DNA from: Nemertoderma westbladi | Lineage: Eukaryota > Animalia > Xenacoelomorpha | DNA length: 64,000 nt | Direction: 5' to 3' | Assembly (NCBI GenBank): GCA_032718475.1 | Contig: JAUCBJ010001126.1 | Location: 1-64,000, forward strand | Shown: positions 51,001 to 62,373 of the stretch, in pieces | Position numbering within the stretch: position 1 is the stretch's first letter | How the letters are laid out: each line of letters starts with the position of its first letter | Notes under the pieces: model-generated | What the model was told of the DNA's origin: nothing | The model's input: the letters and a program-made list of their open reading frames with translations, nothing else | Database searches by the model: none | Made by a program: the position numbers and the translations under genes

Positions 51001-52631
51001 GTATGAACACTTACTTGGGATGGTACAATCCTTCGCGAAGTGTTCACCTGAACACTTATAAACTTGGGTTGGTACAATCCCTCGCGAAGTGTATGAACAC
51101 TTACTTGGGTTGGTACAATCCCTCGCGAAGTGTATGAACACTTACTTGGGTTGGTAAAATCCCTCGCGAAGTGTGAACGATTACTTGAGTTGGTACAATC
51201 CCTCGCGAAGTGTGAACGATTACTTGAGTTGGTACAATCCCTCGCGAAGTGTGAACACTTACTTGGGTTGGTACAATCCCTCGCGAAGTGTATGAACACT
51301 TACTTGGGTTGGTAAAATCCCTCGCGAAGTGTGAACGATTACTTGAGTTGGTACAATCCCTCGCGAAGTGTGAACGATTACTTGAGTTGGTACAATCCCT
51401 CGCGAAGTGTGAACACTTACTTGGGTTGGTACAATCCCTCGCGAAGTGTATGAACACTTACTTGGGATGGTACAATCCCTCACGAAGTGTATGAACACTT
51501 ACTTGGGTTGGTACAATCCTTCGCGAAGTGTTCACCTGAACACTTATAAACTTGGGTTGGTACAATCCCTCGCGAAGTGTATTAACACTTACTTGGGTTG
51601 GTACAATCCCTCGCGAAGTATGAACACTTACTTGGGATGGTACAATCCTTCGCGAAGTGTTCACCTGAACACTTATAAACTTGGGTTGGTACAATCCCTC
51701 GCGAAGTGTATGAACACTTACTTGGGTTGGTACAATCCCTCGCGAAGTGTATGAACACTTACTTGGGTTGGTAAAATCCCTCGCGAAGTGTGAACGATTA
51801 CTTGAGTTGGTACAATCCCTCGCGAAGTGTGAACGATTACTTGAGTTGGTACAATCCCTCGCGAAGTGTGAACACTTACTTGGGTTGGTACAATCCCTCG
51901 CGAAGTGTATGAACACTTACTTGGGTTGGTAAAATCCCTCGCGAAGTGTGAACGATTACTTGAGTTGGTACAATCCCTCGCGAAGTGTGAACACTTACTT
52001 GGGGTGGTACAATCCCTCGCGAAGTGTATGAACACTTACTTGGGTTGGTACAATCCCTCGCGAAGTGTGAACGATTACTTGAGTTGGTACAATCCCTCGC
52101 GAAGTATGAACACTTACTTGGGATGGTACAATCCTTCGCGAAGTGTTCACCTGAACACTTATAAACTTGGGTTGGTACAATCCCTCGCGAAGTGTATGAA
52201 CACTTACTTGGGTTGGTACAATCCCTCGCGAAGTGTATGAACACTTACTTGGGTTGGTAAAATCCCTCGCGAAGTGTGAACGATTACTTGAGTTGGTACA
52301 ATCCCTCGCGAAGTGTGAACGATTACTTGAGTTGGTACAATCCCTCGCGAAGTGTGAACACTTACTTGGGTTGGTACAATCCCTCGCGAAGTGTATGAAC
52401 ACTTACTTGGGTTGGTAAAATCCCTCGCGAAGTGTGAACGATTACTTGAGTTGGTACAATCCCTCGCGAAGTGTGAACACTTACTTGGGGTGGTACAATC
52501 CCTCGCGAAGTGTATGAACACTTACTTGGGTTGGTACAATCCCTCGCGAAGTATGAACACTTACTTGGGTTGGTACAATCCTTCGCGAAGTATGAACACT
52601 TACTTGGGTTGGTACAATCCCTCGCGAAGTG
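42015..52631 (-). repeat. ~10.6 kb intronic satellite with a 39-bp unit derived from the exon-intron junction
   Basis: Unit (minus) CACTTCGCGAGGGATTGTACCAACCCAA|GTAAGTGTTCA; roughly 240 units estimated from length; indel variants and higher-order blocks. Confidence 0.97.
47509..48557 (-). mobile_element. 5'-truncated RTE-clade LINE inserted in the satellite
   Basis: GVLQGDTLAPLLF, DFADDIALL, FQYLGS, VFLYGGETWTL, RSRGRP; nonsense codon at 48012-48014; (TAG)n tail; 13-bp TSD ttggtagtggtac (47496-47508, 48558-48570). Confidence 0.92.
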
Positions 52632-52801
52632 GCCTCCTTTCCCACATCGGTAACATTTGTCTCCGCCACCTACTCCATGATCCTCGCAGTCCCGCGCAAA
52701 GTGTCCCGAACGGCCGCACCTGTAACATCGCTCGTCTCGTAACCCAGTAGCGCAATCGCGAGCGAAATGGCCAACTCCTCCACATTTGTAACACTTGTTA
52801 C
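52604..52801 (-). CDS. CNBP: CNBP-like protein, coding exon 2 (three knuckles; not called in this frame by the ORF track)
   Basis: ttttccag acceptor at 52802; NKCYKCGGVGHFARDC..ERCYRCGRSGHFARDC..DKCYRCGKGGHFARDCTNP; donor GTAAGT at 52603; 198 nt, phase 1-1. Confidence 0.9.
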
Positions 52802-53703
52802 CTGGAAAATAATATAATACATTACGTCAATTTATTAAAGGTAGATAGATAGATATATTTATTTATACATTATGTAAAAACAATAACAAATACACCAAAC
52901 AATGTACCGGTATAAAGGTATTGTCCAACATAACATATAGGATTACCCCTAAAGCTTTGCAGCTTATTTCCAAGGGGGTCCTTTATGTTACTTGGTTACA
53001 AATACAACATTACACTACGCTAACCTAAAACCAATATAAAACGTAATTACACTATGTACATGTACAACTTTACCAAGAGTGTGACAATGTCCGACTCAAC
53101 GATAAAGATGTAATGTACAGAACAATTTATTATAAAACGTATTTACAGTATAAATAGTAAATAATTAATAAACTAATAACTTACTGTAGGACTATTGTAC
53201 CTATTTTTACATTGCACACGGAGGTGAGATTTAACTGCAGATTTAAAAGAATGTTGATTATTTAGGTTTTTAATTTCATTAGGAAGAGCGTTCCAATTTT
53301 TAATGCCGCTTTTCAAGCGGCATTATGTGTGCGGCAAAATGTCAATTTTTAAAAAGGTATAAAATATTTATATTAAAAAATATAGAATTAAAATCGTAAA
53401 TGAAAAACATAACAAAACACCATTTTTACTGATGTGTTTAATAATGCTTATTGGTGGGCATTTACGTTTAAATAACTACATTTGAATGAGGCTCGCTCGT
53501 ATAATTATTTTATGGTTCTGCGATATATAACAGGTAAGGATGGTAGGTTGGGTTGATGTCTAAAATGAAAAGGTGTGTCAATATCTGCAGTCTACACTAC
53601 AGTGCAGTGTTCGATTAATAGCAAAATTATATCAAAAGCTAAACAGTAAACATCACCTAACAGTTCCTTGATAAATTAAGTTCCAGAAAATTCATAAACT
53701 CAC

Positions 53704-53944
53704 CACCGCCGCCCCCACCAGAGAAGAATGTCCGACTTCCTCCGCCTCCCCTCGGTCTGTCCCGTTCCTCCCTGGCGTTGGGACATTCACGCGAGATGTG
53801 TCCCGGCTTGCCGCAGTTGTAACACGCCCTCTCCGTGCTCTCGCAGTTCCTCGCTAGATGACCCGGTTTGCCGCACTTGTAACAGGATCCACCCCCGCCT
53901 CCTCCACTACCAGTACTCCCAGAGCGCCGTGAACGATCCCCCAT
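53704..53944 (-). CDS. CNBP: CNBP-like protein, coding exon 1 (two knuckles and a Gly/RGG-rich linker)
   Basis: ATG at 53944; [37 protein letters not shown]; donor GTGAGT at 53703; a possible acceptor at 53977 would imply an upstream 5'-UTR exon. Confidence 0.88.
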
Positions 53945-55644
53945 TATGTAAGCGATAGGCAACCGAAATGATCAACCTGTCAGTCAGATAAATAAACAAA
54001 ACATTTCTTATTGATACCTGGCAGCCTGGCCGCGTAGGTGTTCGTTCGTGTCACCTACTGACCTATGCTGCTATGCATTCGGGAACAAGACTTTGCACCT
54101 TTGAATGCTGGTTGTGGAGTGGATGTAGGCCTACAGCATAACAGGATTTTGGTTCCGAGAGGAACCGGGGTTATTAAAATATAACGTTTGGGACCAGTAT
54201 ACGAATACGGGGCGGATATCAATTTTTCACGAAAAACCTGAGGCCAAGTGTCTTTCAAAAATTTGAAACAGTCACATCAAATTTTTATTTAACATCTTTT
54301 CATTCAATTTTTATTCATACAGTCATATAGCAGTATAGACAACTCCAGGCAATCACGTTCAGTTACAGTTTGTTCTACTCACTATAACACTATTGAACTG
54401 TATAAGCACTTACAGACTTAACTTTACAGTAGCCTATTATAGTTATACCTACCTTGTTGTTGCAGTATTAGGCCTACCCAAACAAAGCCTAGGCTAGGCC
54501 TCCAATGAAAATTTCAGAATTTTTTTTGTGAATTATATTTTTAATCGGAACTAGGCCAGGTAGGCCTACCCTTACCGCCTTTTTCAGTTATTGATCCCTC
54601 AGGCTGTCAGCGTCAGGGATACCCTCTGTCAGTCTGTCTGTCTGTTATGAAAAGCTGTTTACAGTTTAGGCGTCCTTGCAGCCTTGTCTTTGTCTGTTGT
54701 CGGGGTCGGGCGGCTAGTCCTGTAGTCCTATATCAGAGAAATCGATAGGCAGATAGGGCTTAATCGAGTTTCATTGCTAACTTTACAAGGCTGCAAGGTA
54801 GGCCTACCCTGCTGCCCTGCTACCTGTACTGCGGTAAGCACTACATTTCTGCAATAGGCTGATAGGCCTATTCAGATAGGCCTATTACTGCAATACTGTC
54901 AGACTGTAATAGGCAACAGTTCAGCAGCTAGTTCAGTAGTTAGGCAGTTAGGCCTACCAGTACAGCAGTAGGCAGGGCTGCAGGGCTGGCATACTCCTGA
55001 ACTCTGGTACTCCTACAGCTACAGAGCTACCTAGCTACAGACAGACAGACTAGACAGACTAACGGAGTTAGAGTTAACGCTAGGCAGCTACAGACTGACA
55101 GAGCTAAGGCTGAAGGCCAGAAGGCTGTACTGCTGTAAGGCCTAGCCAAGGCAGCTAGGGATGCCCTAAGCTGCTAAGTTTAGGCCTATGTCTGTATGTT
55201 TTCAATTCAAAGCTCACCTGTCTGCCTGTAGTTTGATTGATAGGCCTAATCCAAAATTCCAAACGGTTCCAGTAGAGCTGTATGTAGTAGGGCTAATAAT
55301 CCTCTGTCCTCAATCAGTCAATCCTGAAATCGGGTGCTCAAAACAAAACTCCAAAAGGCACCCACACGCGTCCTCCACCAATCCAAACCTCAAACTCCAG
55401 GACTCCTGAAACCTCCTCACTCGCTAACAACCAACGAGCCAAGCTAATAAGTCCAAAGTCTGAAAGTCTGACAATAAATTGATGCTGATCAGGATACCTG
55501 GATACTGCAGGATGAATGGCTACCGGAGTACCGAACCGGTAAGGCAGTAAGGTAATGCAACATGTACACAATGTATCTGTGTTATGTGTATAAAAGGCTG
55601 AAAGGTACAGTATGTGCAGCATTGACACGTAGCTACAGTAGGAC

Positions 55645-55845
55645 AATTTGCAATTCCGACCCGGACAATTCTGACTCGGACAATTCCGACCCGGACAATT
55701 CCGACCTGGACAATTCCGTCCCGGACAATTCCGTCCCGGACAATTCCGACCCATTCAAAGATCAAATGAAATTTTCATGGGTCAGAATTGTCAGTGTCGG
55801 AATTAGCTGGGTCAGAATTGCCCTAGGTCGGAATTGTCCGAATGC
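55645..55845. repeat. MITE-like element with 15-bp subterminal repeats in both orientations
   Basis: ccggacaattccgac about 7 times, then inverted gtcagaattgtc / gtcggaattgtccg copies. Confidence 0.7.
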
Positions 55846-55959
55846 CAAATAAATAAAAATAATAAATTAAAATTAACACAGATTTTTTGTACTCGAAGAA
55901 TTTTTCGAAATTTTTTTATTTAATACAAATCGTACAGAGATCGTTAAATTGTAAAACAA

Positions 55960-57210
55960 ATGATAAATAAATATTTTATTCTCAAATTATTACTTTTTCG
56001 CTCGCATTTACCCCAAAATCGGGAGAAAAAGTTGCAATTTTTCCCTATGGAAAAAAGTTAAAATCTCTTTATTAAAATCTTTATTAAAATCTGTTGAAAG
56101 AGCAACGAAGTAGAAAATGTTTGCACTTAATATTCCAGGCACACACTCAAAAGTTATTGCAACTTTAGTGTCTACAGTACAAGCTGTCTTCCAAAACTGA
56201 ACTCAATATCAATATTGGTTTATCTTGTTAAGCGGCTCTCTAGTTACAATAGCAATAAATTTTCGAGAACACTAAATTATTTAACATTGAGTAAGGCAGC
56301 ATCAGGAGTTGAAGATAACAATAATTTGAATCGCAGTACCGGTAACTACAGTATGGAAGCAATATACTGTAGTAAAATACTACACAGTACAAATTATTTT
56401 GTAACACTATATCGTTTTACTGTATGTTTCATTAAAGATCTGAGCAACAAAAAGAACCAATTTAAGAAAAAAATGACGCATTAAATGGGAAAAAAACGTT
56501 GAACAATTTTTTTTCAATTTTATCTCGACCCTTATTTATAAACCTCGCTGGCGCTCAGTATATAAAATGCTTCGAAAATAGTGAAAAAAAGTTATACGTT
56601 TTCCCATGTATGTAATAAATAATTCATTTTATTCTTAAATTGTCACTTTTTCGCTCGAATTACCCCAAAATCGCGAGAAACAGTTTCACTTTTTTCCCTA
56701 GGGAAAAAAAGCAATTAATAGGAATGCAGTGATTTTACTTTTTTCCCGGCGAAAAAAGTAAAGCAAAATATTTTTGAAAGATCATCGACGTACAAAAGGT
56801 TTGAAAGTAATTTGAGTGAAATCCATTCAAACACTCAAAAGTTATTGTAACTTTAATGTCTGCGCGGAGTACACCAAAACGGAACTCAATATCCAATATT
56901 GGTTTATTTAGCAGAACGGCTCTCTAGTTACGTAATAAATATTCGAGAACATTAAATTATTTTAACATTGAGAAAGGCATCATCGAGAGTTGAAGAGTGC
57001 AATAATAATAACTATGGAAGCAATATAGTAAAATACTGCAGTTCAATTTATTTTGTAACACAACTGTGGAACTATGGAAAAAAAACGTAGTACATTTTTT
57101 TTCATTATTCTCTCGACCCTTTATTAATTTCGCTGACACTCTGTAAAAAAAATGCCTCGAGAATAATAAAAAAAAGTTCTACTTTTTTCCCATGTAATAA
57201 ATAATTATTT
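55960..57210 (+). repeat. Diverged ~650-bp tandem duplication
   Basis: ttttcgctcg..ttaccccaaaatcg, acactcaaaagttattg, cggctctctagttac and tctcgaccct each occur twice in the same order. Confidence 0.75.
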
Positions 57211-57316
57211 TACAACCCGACAGCCCGAGTAATAGAAGTCTAGCTACAATAAGACATTTATTTATTTTTAAGCCATTTTGTTCTACAACATTTTAAAGAT
57301 GTCTTAAATAAATATA

Positions 57317-58140
57317 CCGGGTGTTCCATAATGATTCCCCCCCCCCCCCTGACCAGCCAAAACTGTCAGACATGCACTTTCGTGTAATATACCATTTGAA
57401 AGAGAATTTAATTCTGAGCTTGCATGCAAAAATTTAGTGTCCAATACTAAAGTATAACAATTTTATATGCAATTCTTTAAACCTATCTTACTTTTCAATA
57501 TTTGTGATTTAATCACAATTTAAAAAAAAAAAATAATTTATCCAGCGTTAGGCATCAGCTTTGCAGGTTGCAGCCCTGTTTAAACAGTTATTTCTGCCTG
57601 ACTTTTGCTGTATTGCAATATATTACAGTATTCAGTTACCGGTATTAGTGTTTCTTTGGTGATTTTACTGAATTAGGCCTAACAGAAGTAATTAAAATGA
57701 CAAGTTCCAGTGCAAACTTCGATGACTCCGAAGAAAAACGTAAGGTTGACAGGATCAGAGATGCTACTTTAGAGAGGGTCGTGATTCTGTGACATAATCA
57801 AACTGAACTCAAACCAAGACGGCACTTTTAAGGGCCTACATCCTTTGCCACTATCGAGGAGCTCTCCGTGCTGCCAATGGGAAACATGGCTGTAAATCTG
57901 ATGACTAACACTGGATAAATTATATTTTTTAAATTGTGATTAAATCACAAATATTGAAAAGTAAGATAGGTTTAAAGAATTGCCTATAAAATTTTTATAC
58001 TTTTGTATTGGTCTCTAAATTTTTGCATGCAAGCTCAGAATTAAATTATCTTTCGAATGGTATATTACACTAAGGTGCATGTCTTACAGTTTTGGCTGGC
58101 TAGGGGGGGGGGGGGGGGGGAATCATTATGGAACACCCGG
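57317..58140. mobile_element. Tc1/mariner-type non-autonomous element with ~220-bp TIRs and TA TSD
   Basis: TA|CCGGGTGTTCCATAATGATT...AATCATTATGGAACACCCGG|TA; inverted arms extend to tttaatcacaatttaaaaa. Confidence 0.88.
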
Positions 58141-58817
58141 TATATTATGTTCTAGAGCATTTTCAAAAACAAATAGCAAAAACTATAGCTATTATAAATA
58201 ATTGTGTGGTGTGTGTGCCCAAAACACTCTAGTACAAATGCCAACGTACAGTAATACCTGAATACAAGGCCTGTTCACTACATTCTACAATACATCGATC
58301 AGCTGATAATAAGTAGGCTTACTGTTTGATTGCTATATGTTTGGTTGATATACTGTTTGAGATTTTCTTATAGCTGCGTAGGGTAATAACTATTTAGTAA
58401 CTAATCTAATAACTATAACTTGTGTCGTCGCCATTTACTCCCAGTTATCTTCTACATAGTTATCCCCCATGGTAAAATAACTATTACAGTAGTTCTATGG
58501 GTAACCTGGCAACCCAGTTATCCACCCATGGGAAGATAACTATTAGTTCTATGGGTAACATGGCAACCATTATTACATCAGGCCGCAGTTTCCAGAAACT
58601 CTTCTGTAGGTACAGTACCGGTATCAGCAATATTTGTGCTAGTTTCAGTTTGCATACCAGTATACCGGTATTGTCAGACGAGCAGACAGTAGGCAGCTCT
58701 AACCTTTTTCGTTAACAAAGGTTCTATAAAAATTTACAAAAGTTTTGTTCGCTTTAATCGGTTTGCATACCATCAGTTTTGCTCACTAATATGCTACTAC
58801 TGTAGCTACTACAGTAA

Positions 58818-59660
58818 AGGCCGGTTTTGGCAACTTTTAGAGCAACCCAGGTTGCCATTCAAGTTATTGCTCCGTGTAAACACGAAGTTGCTGTAAAAAA
58901 TAGTTGCTGTAAAAGTTGCTTAAATTTGACGGCAACATAAGAAACAATTTGAGTGGACGGATTAAAGCAGAATAATCAAATTAAATTATTAGATGAAATC
59001 TGTTTTTTGGGAAGAATTCCATGGTTGTTTATTCTTCACCCCCACTTTAATTGTATTCTTATATCTATGCCATGTCTGACTGAGCTATGCCTTTATTGTT
59101 GTTTTATATTCACTTATTATTATGGAATACAGTACCGGTACTGGTATACAGTTTAGGCCCCTACGTACAGCATACACCATGCACATTGCCCATACAGCCA
59201 TATGCACATTGCCCATGCACGCACATGTTTGTTTAAAAAATTCGAATAAATCCTTTATGTTCCGAAATTGCGAACCACTATTGAGGTGTCGATGTTTCCT
59301 TGATATATTCGGGTTACAAACACTTCCATAAATGTAAATAACACCTGAAACGAGTTCATTGTAGGGGGCCTATAGAATCTGTATAGAATTTACGATTATG
59401 ATAATGTAAAATAGCGCGACAGAGGGAATCCGAAATATTACATAATTATTGGGAGGCTGTGTAAGTGTAATAATGTAATAATTGCCTAGTTTCTAAAGAG
59501 AACACTATTTTACATTAAATACTCGACGTTGCTCAAAAAGTTGCCGGCCAAGTTGCTGGTAAAATTTCCACTTTTAAACTGCGAATAAATTAAGTTGCTC
59601 CAAAAAAGTTACTGGTTGCCGACAAAGTTACTCAAAATGTTGCCACGTTTAAACCGGCCT
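58818..59660. mobile_element. PIF/Harbinger-like MITE
   Basis: TAA|AGGCCGGTTT...AAACCGGCCT|TAA, with repeated gttgc subterminal motifs. Confidence 0.6.
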
Positions 59661-60185
59661 TAATGGCTGAAATGCAGTTATCAGAATGTACCCACAATGA
59701 TTTCTCGTTTGTTGTTTTGGTTATTGTTGATAGTCAAGCACAAAACCTAATTGAAACTGTGGTGTCATGCGAGCGCGGTGAGAGTGCGGTGCGGTGACAG
59801 GGCTGTGAAAATGCAATGCCGGTCACTCACAGCGTTTTGTTTTTGGATACAACGTTTCGAGAACGCGGCAGGGAAATTTTCAGTATTATCTAAATTTTTG
59901 GATAAAATAACCCGCTATACCGCCACACCCTTTCCTTATGCCTTACTTAAGTTAGGTTTGGTTTGGATTATATAAATTTATATATTAATTATTATTCGAA
60001 GATCACCGTAAAACCAGTACAATTGCTTTACAATTAGTTATCTTCCACGGATAAATAACTAATGTAAATGTTTATGATTTGTACCCCCAAAATTTCCATG
60101 CCCCATTTTTATTCTTAGTCCCCCAAACAAAACCCTTTTAGAAATGTTGGGTTGGCAGAACCTATCCCGTGTGGAGATCGGGTGA

Positions 60186-60337
60186 CAACATATTTATCAC
60201 CCAGTTATTTAGTTATTTTACGAGTTATTTATCCTCGGGGAGTTAACGAAACCCTCGGCTTCGCCTCGTGTTTGTTAACTGCCCTCGGATAAATAACTCG
60301 TAAAATAACTAAATAACTGGGTGATAAATAATGTTGT
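60186..60337. repeat. Near-perfect ~150-bp hairpin
   Basis: tatttatcacccagttatttagttattttacgagttatttatcc pairs with ggataaataactcgtaaaataactaaataactgggtgataaata around a cggcttcgcctcg loop. Confidence 0.85.
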
Positions 60338-61367
60338 AAAGTGGCACTCTACAGTGTGATGATCCGAGTGGCTTTGTTACACGAACGAACGTACTGAGTG
60401 AGTGAAAATAAAGACGCGAGGATCAGAACACTGTAAAGAACTTTGCAACAAGTTTGTATGTAGTTTTATTCCAAAATTTTAATATTACGAAATGATTGTA
60501 CATATATTATAAGTGATAGAAACTGCACAAATTATATTAGTTGCAGTATAAATAAATGTAAAAATTACAAAATCATGTTATAAATATGTTAGCTTATATT
60601 TATGGTGGCGTTTGGAGCCATGTTATAATAATATAGCTAGGCCCTACTGGTTATTAATAGCTATACCCCGCCTACCGGTAGGTAATGCAGTAGGCCTATC
60701 TGGCTGTCAGGCAAATTTCCACCTATTGTTTACGTGGTATCCAATGACGGCGTTAAGTAATGTCCACTAAGTGAACATTACTTAACTGATAACACCAAAT
60801 GCAAAACTAAATGTACATGCCAATACAATGATGTAATGTCCTCTAATGTTGTAAAGTGCTAAATAACAACTCGCTGTTAATAGTAACGGCGTTGAGTAAT
60901 GTTACAATTTTGGAATAAAATACCTTTACTTCAAAGTTGTGTTACTCGAGCTGACGAAAATATATAAATACTATTTATTTATTTATTTAATATATCAAAT
61001 TGTTAATTTTACTCTATATGTTTGGAATTAAATACATACAATTTCCAATATATCAAATTGAAGAAGAATGGCAGGGAATTACAGTCCCTCTCTCATTCAT
61101 GAATATCATTTCTTAAACTGGGTATCATTTCTCAAACCTTAGTTTTACTAATGATAGTCAACGGAGAATTTCGGTAAGGTAAGAGTTAAACAAGCGCGTA
61201 ATCGCGCAAAGGTCCGCGTCTACTAATGTATGGTATGGTAACGAACGACACAGCCAGCTCGAGCTAACTCAAAGTAAATAGTGGCGCCAAAGGTTTGAGT
61301 GAGTTTGACTTCCAATTGTGCCATCATCAGCATTACTGAACCAGTACGGGATGGATAATTACTCTGG

Positions 61368-62373
61368 TTGGGGTGTAAACGTTGTAGCGACACTGTGTCG
61401 ACTGTGTCAGCATAATGTTGTGTAGACAGTGTGCAAATAATGTGCAGAAAATGCGCCGACAGTGTCGGCGTTACGTTTTGCCGACAGCGGCGTTACGTTG
61501 TGCCAACAGTGTCGGTATTATGTTGTGCCGATAGTGTAGGCGTTACGTTGTGCCGACAGTGTCGGGGTTACGTTATGCCGACTGTGTCGGCGTTACGTTG
61601 TGTCGACAGTGTCGGCATTGCGTTGTGCTGACAGTGTCGGCGTTACGTTGTGACGACAGTGTCGGCGTTACGTTGTGTCGACAGTGTCAGCGTTACTTTG
61701 TGTCGACAGTGTCAGCGTTACGTTGTGTCGACAGTGTCGGCGATACGTTGTGTCGACAGTGTCGTCGTTACGTTGTGTCGACAGTGTCGGCGTTACGTTG
61801 TACCGACAGTGTCGGCGTTACGTTGTGCCGACAGTGTGGCGGGCTAAAACCTAAATATAAATAGGAGACTGTAGGATAAATCATCTGAGTTTCTGACAAA
61901 ATACAGCAATACCATTCAGCCAAATGGACCTATGTCTGCCTGTACTGTATTCAGTTCCTGCAATCAGTAAATACAGCAATACCGTACACTGCTCACTGCT
62001 GTTGCTGTGTACTGTACGTGGTAGGCATATTGTCAGCTCAACGTAATGCCGACACTGTCGGCACTATGTAACGCCGATACTGTCGGCACAACGTATTGGC
62101 GACACTGTCGGAACAACGTAATGCCGACGATGTCGGCACAACGTAACGCCGACAATGTCGGCACAACGTAACGTCGAAACTATCGGTACAACGTAATGCG
62201 ACCCCGACATTGTCTGCATAACGTAACGTCGACAGTGTCGGTACAACGTAACGTCGACAGTGTCGGCACAACGTAACACCGACACTGTCGCACGACGTAA
62301 CACCGACACTGTAGACAATGTCGCTGACACTGTCGGTAAAGTGTCGGCTGTCGGGATAACGTTTACACCCCTA
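61368..62373. mobile_element. hAT-like non-autonomous element with two inverted arrays of 25-bp repeats
   Basis: TIR ggggtgtaaacgtt / aacgtttacacccc(ta); gtgtcggcgttacgttgtgtcgaca array at ~61390-61840 and the inverted array at ~62040-62350; no clean TSD. Confidence 0.7.

Noticed and set aside
42015-52631. CRISPR array, or long repeat-protein genes (ORFs up to 523 aa)
   Set aside because: No unique spacers or cas genes, eukaryotic context; the ORFs arise in many frames on both strands because the 39-bp unit lacks stops.
55338-55852. GRNCP-repeat protein ORFs
   Set aside because: Translation of a 15-bp MITE repeat.
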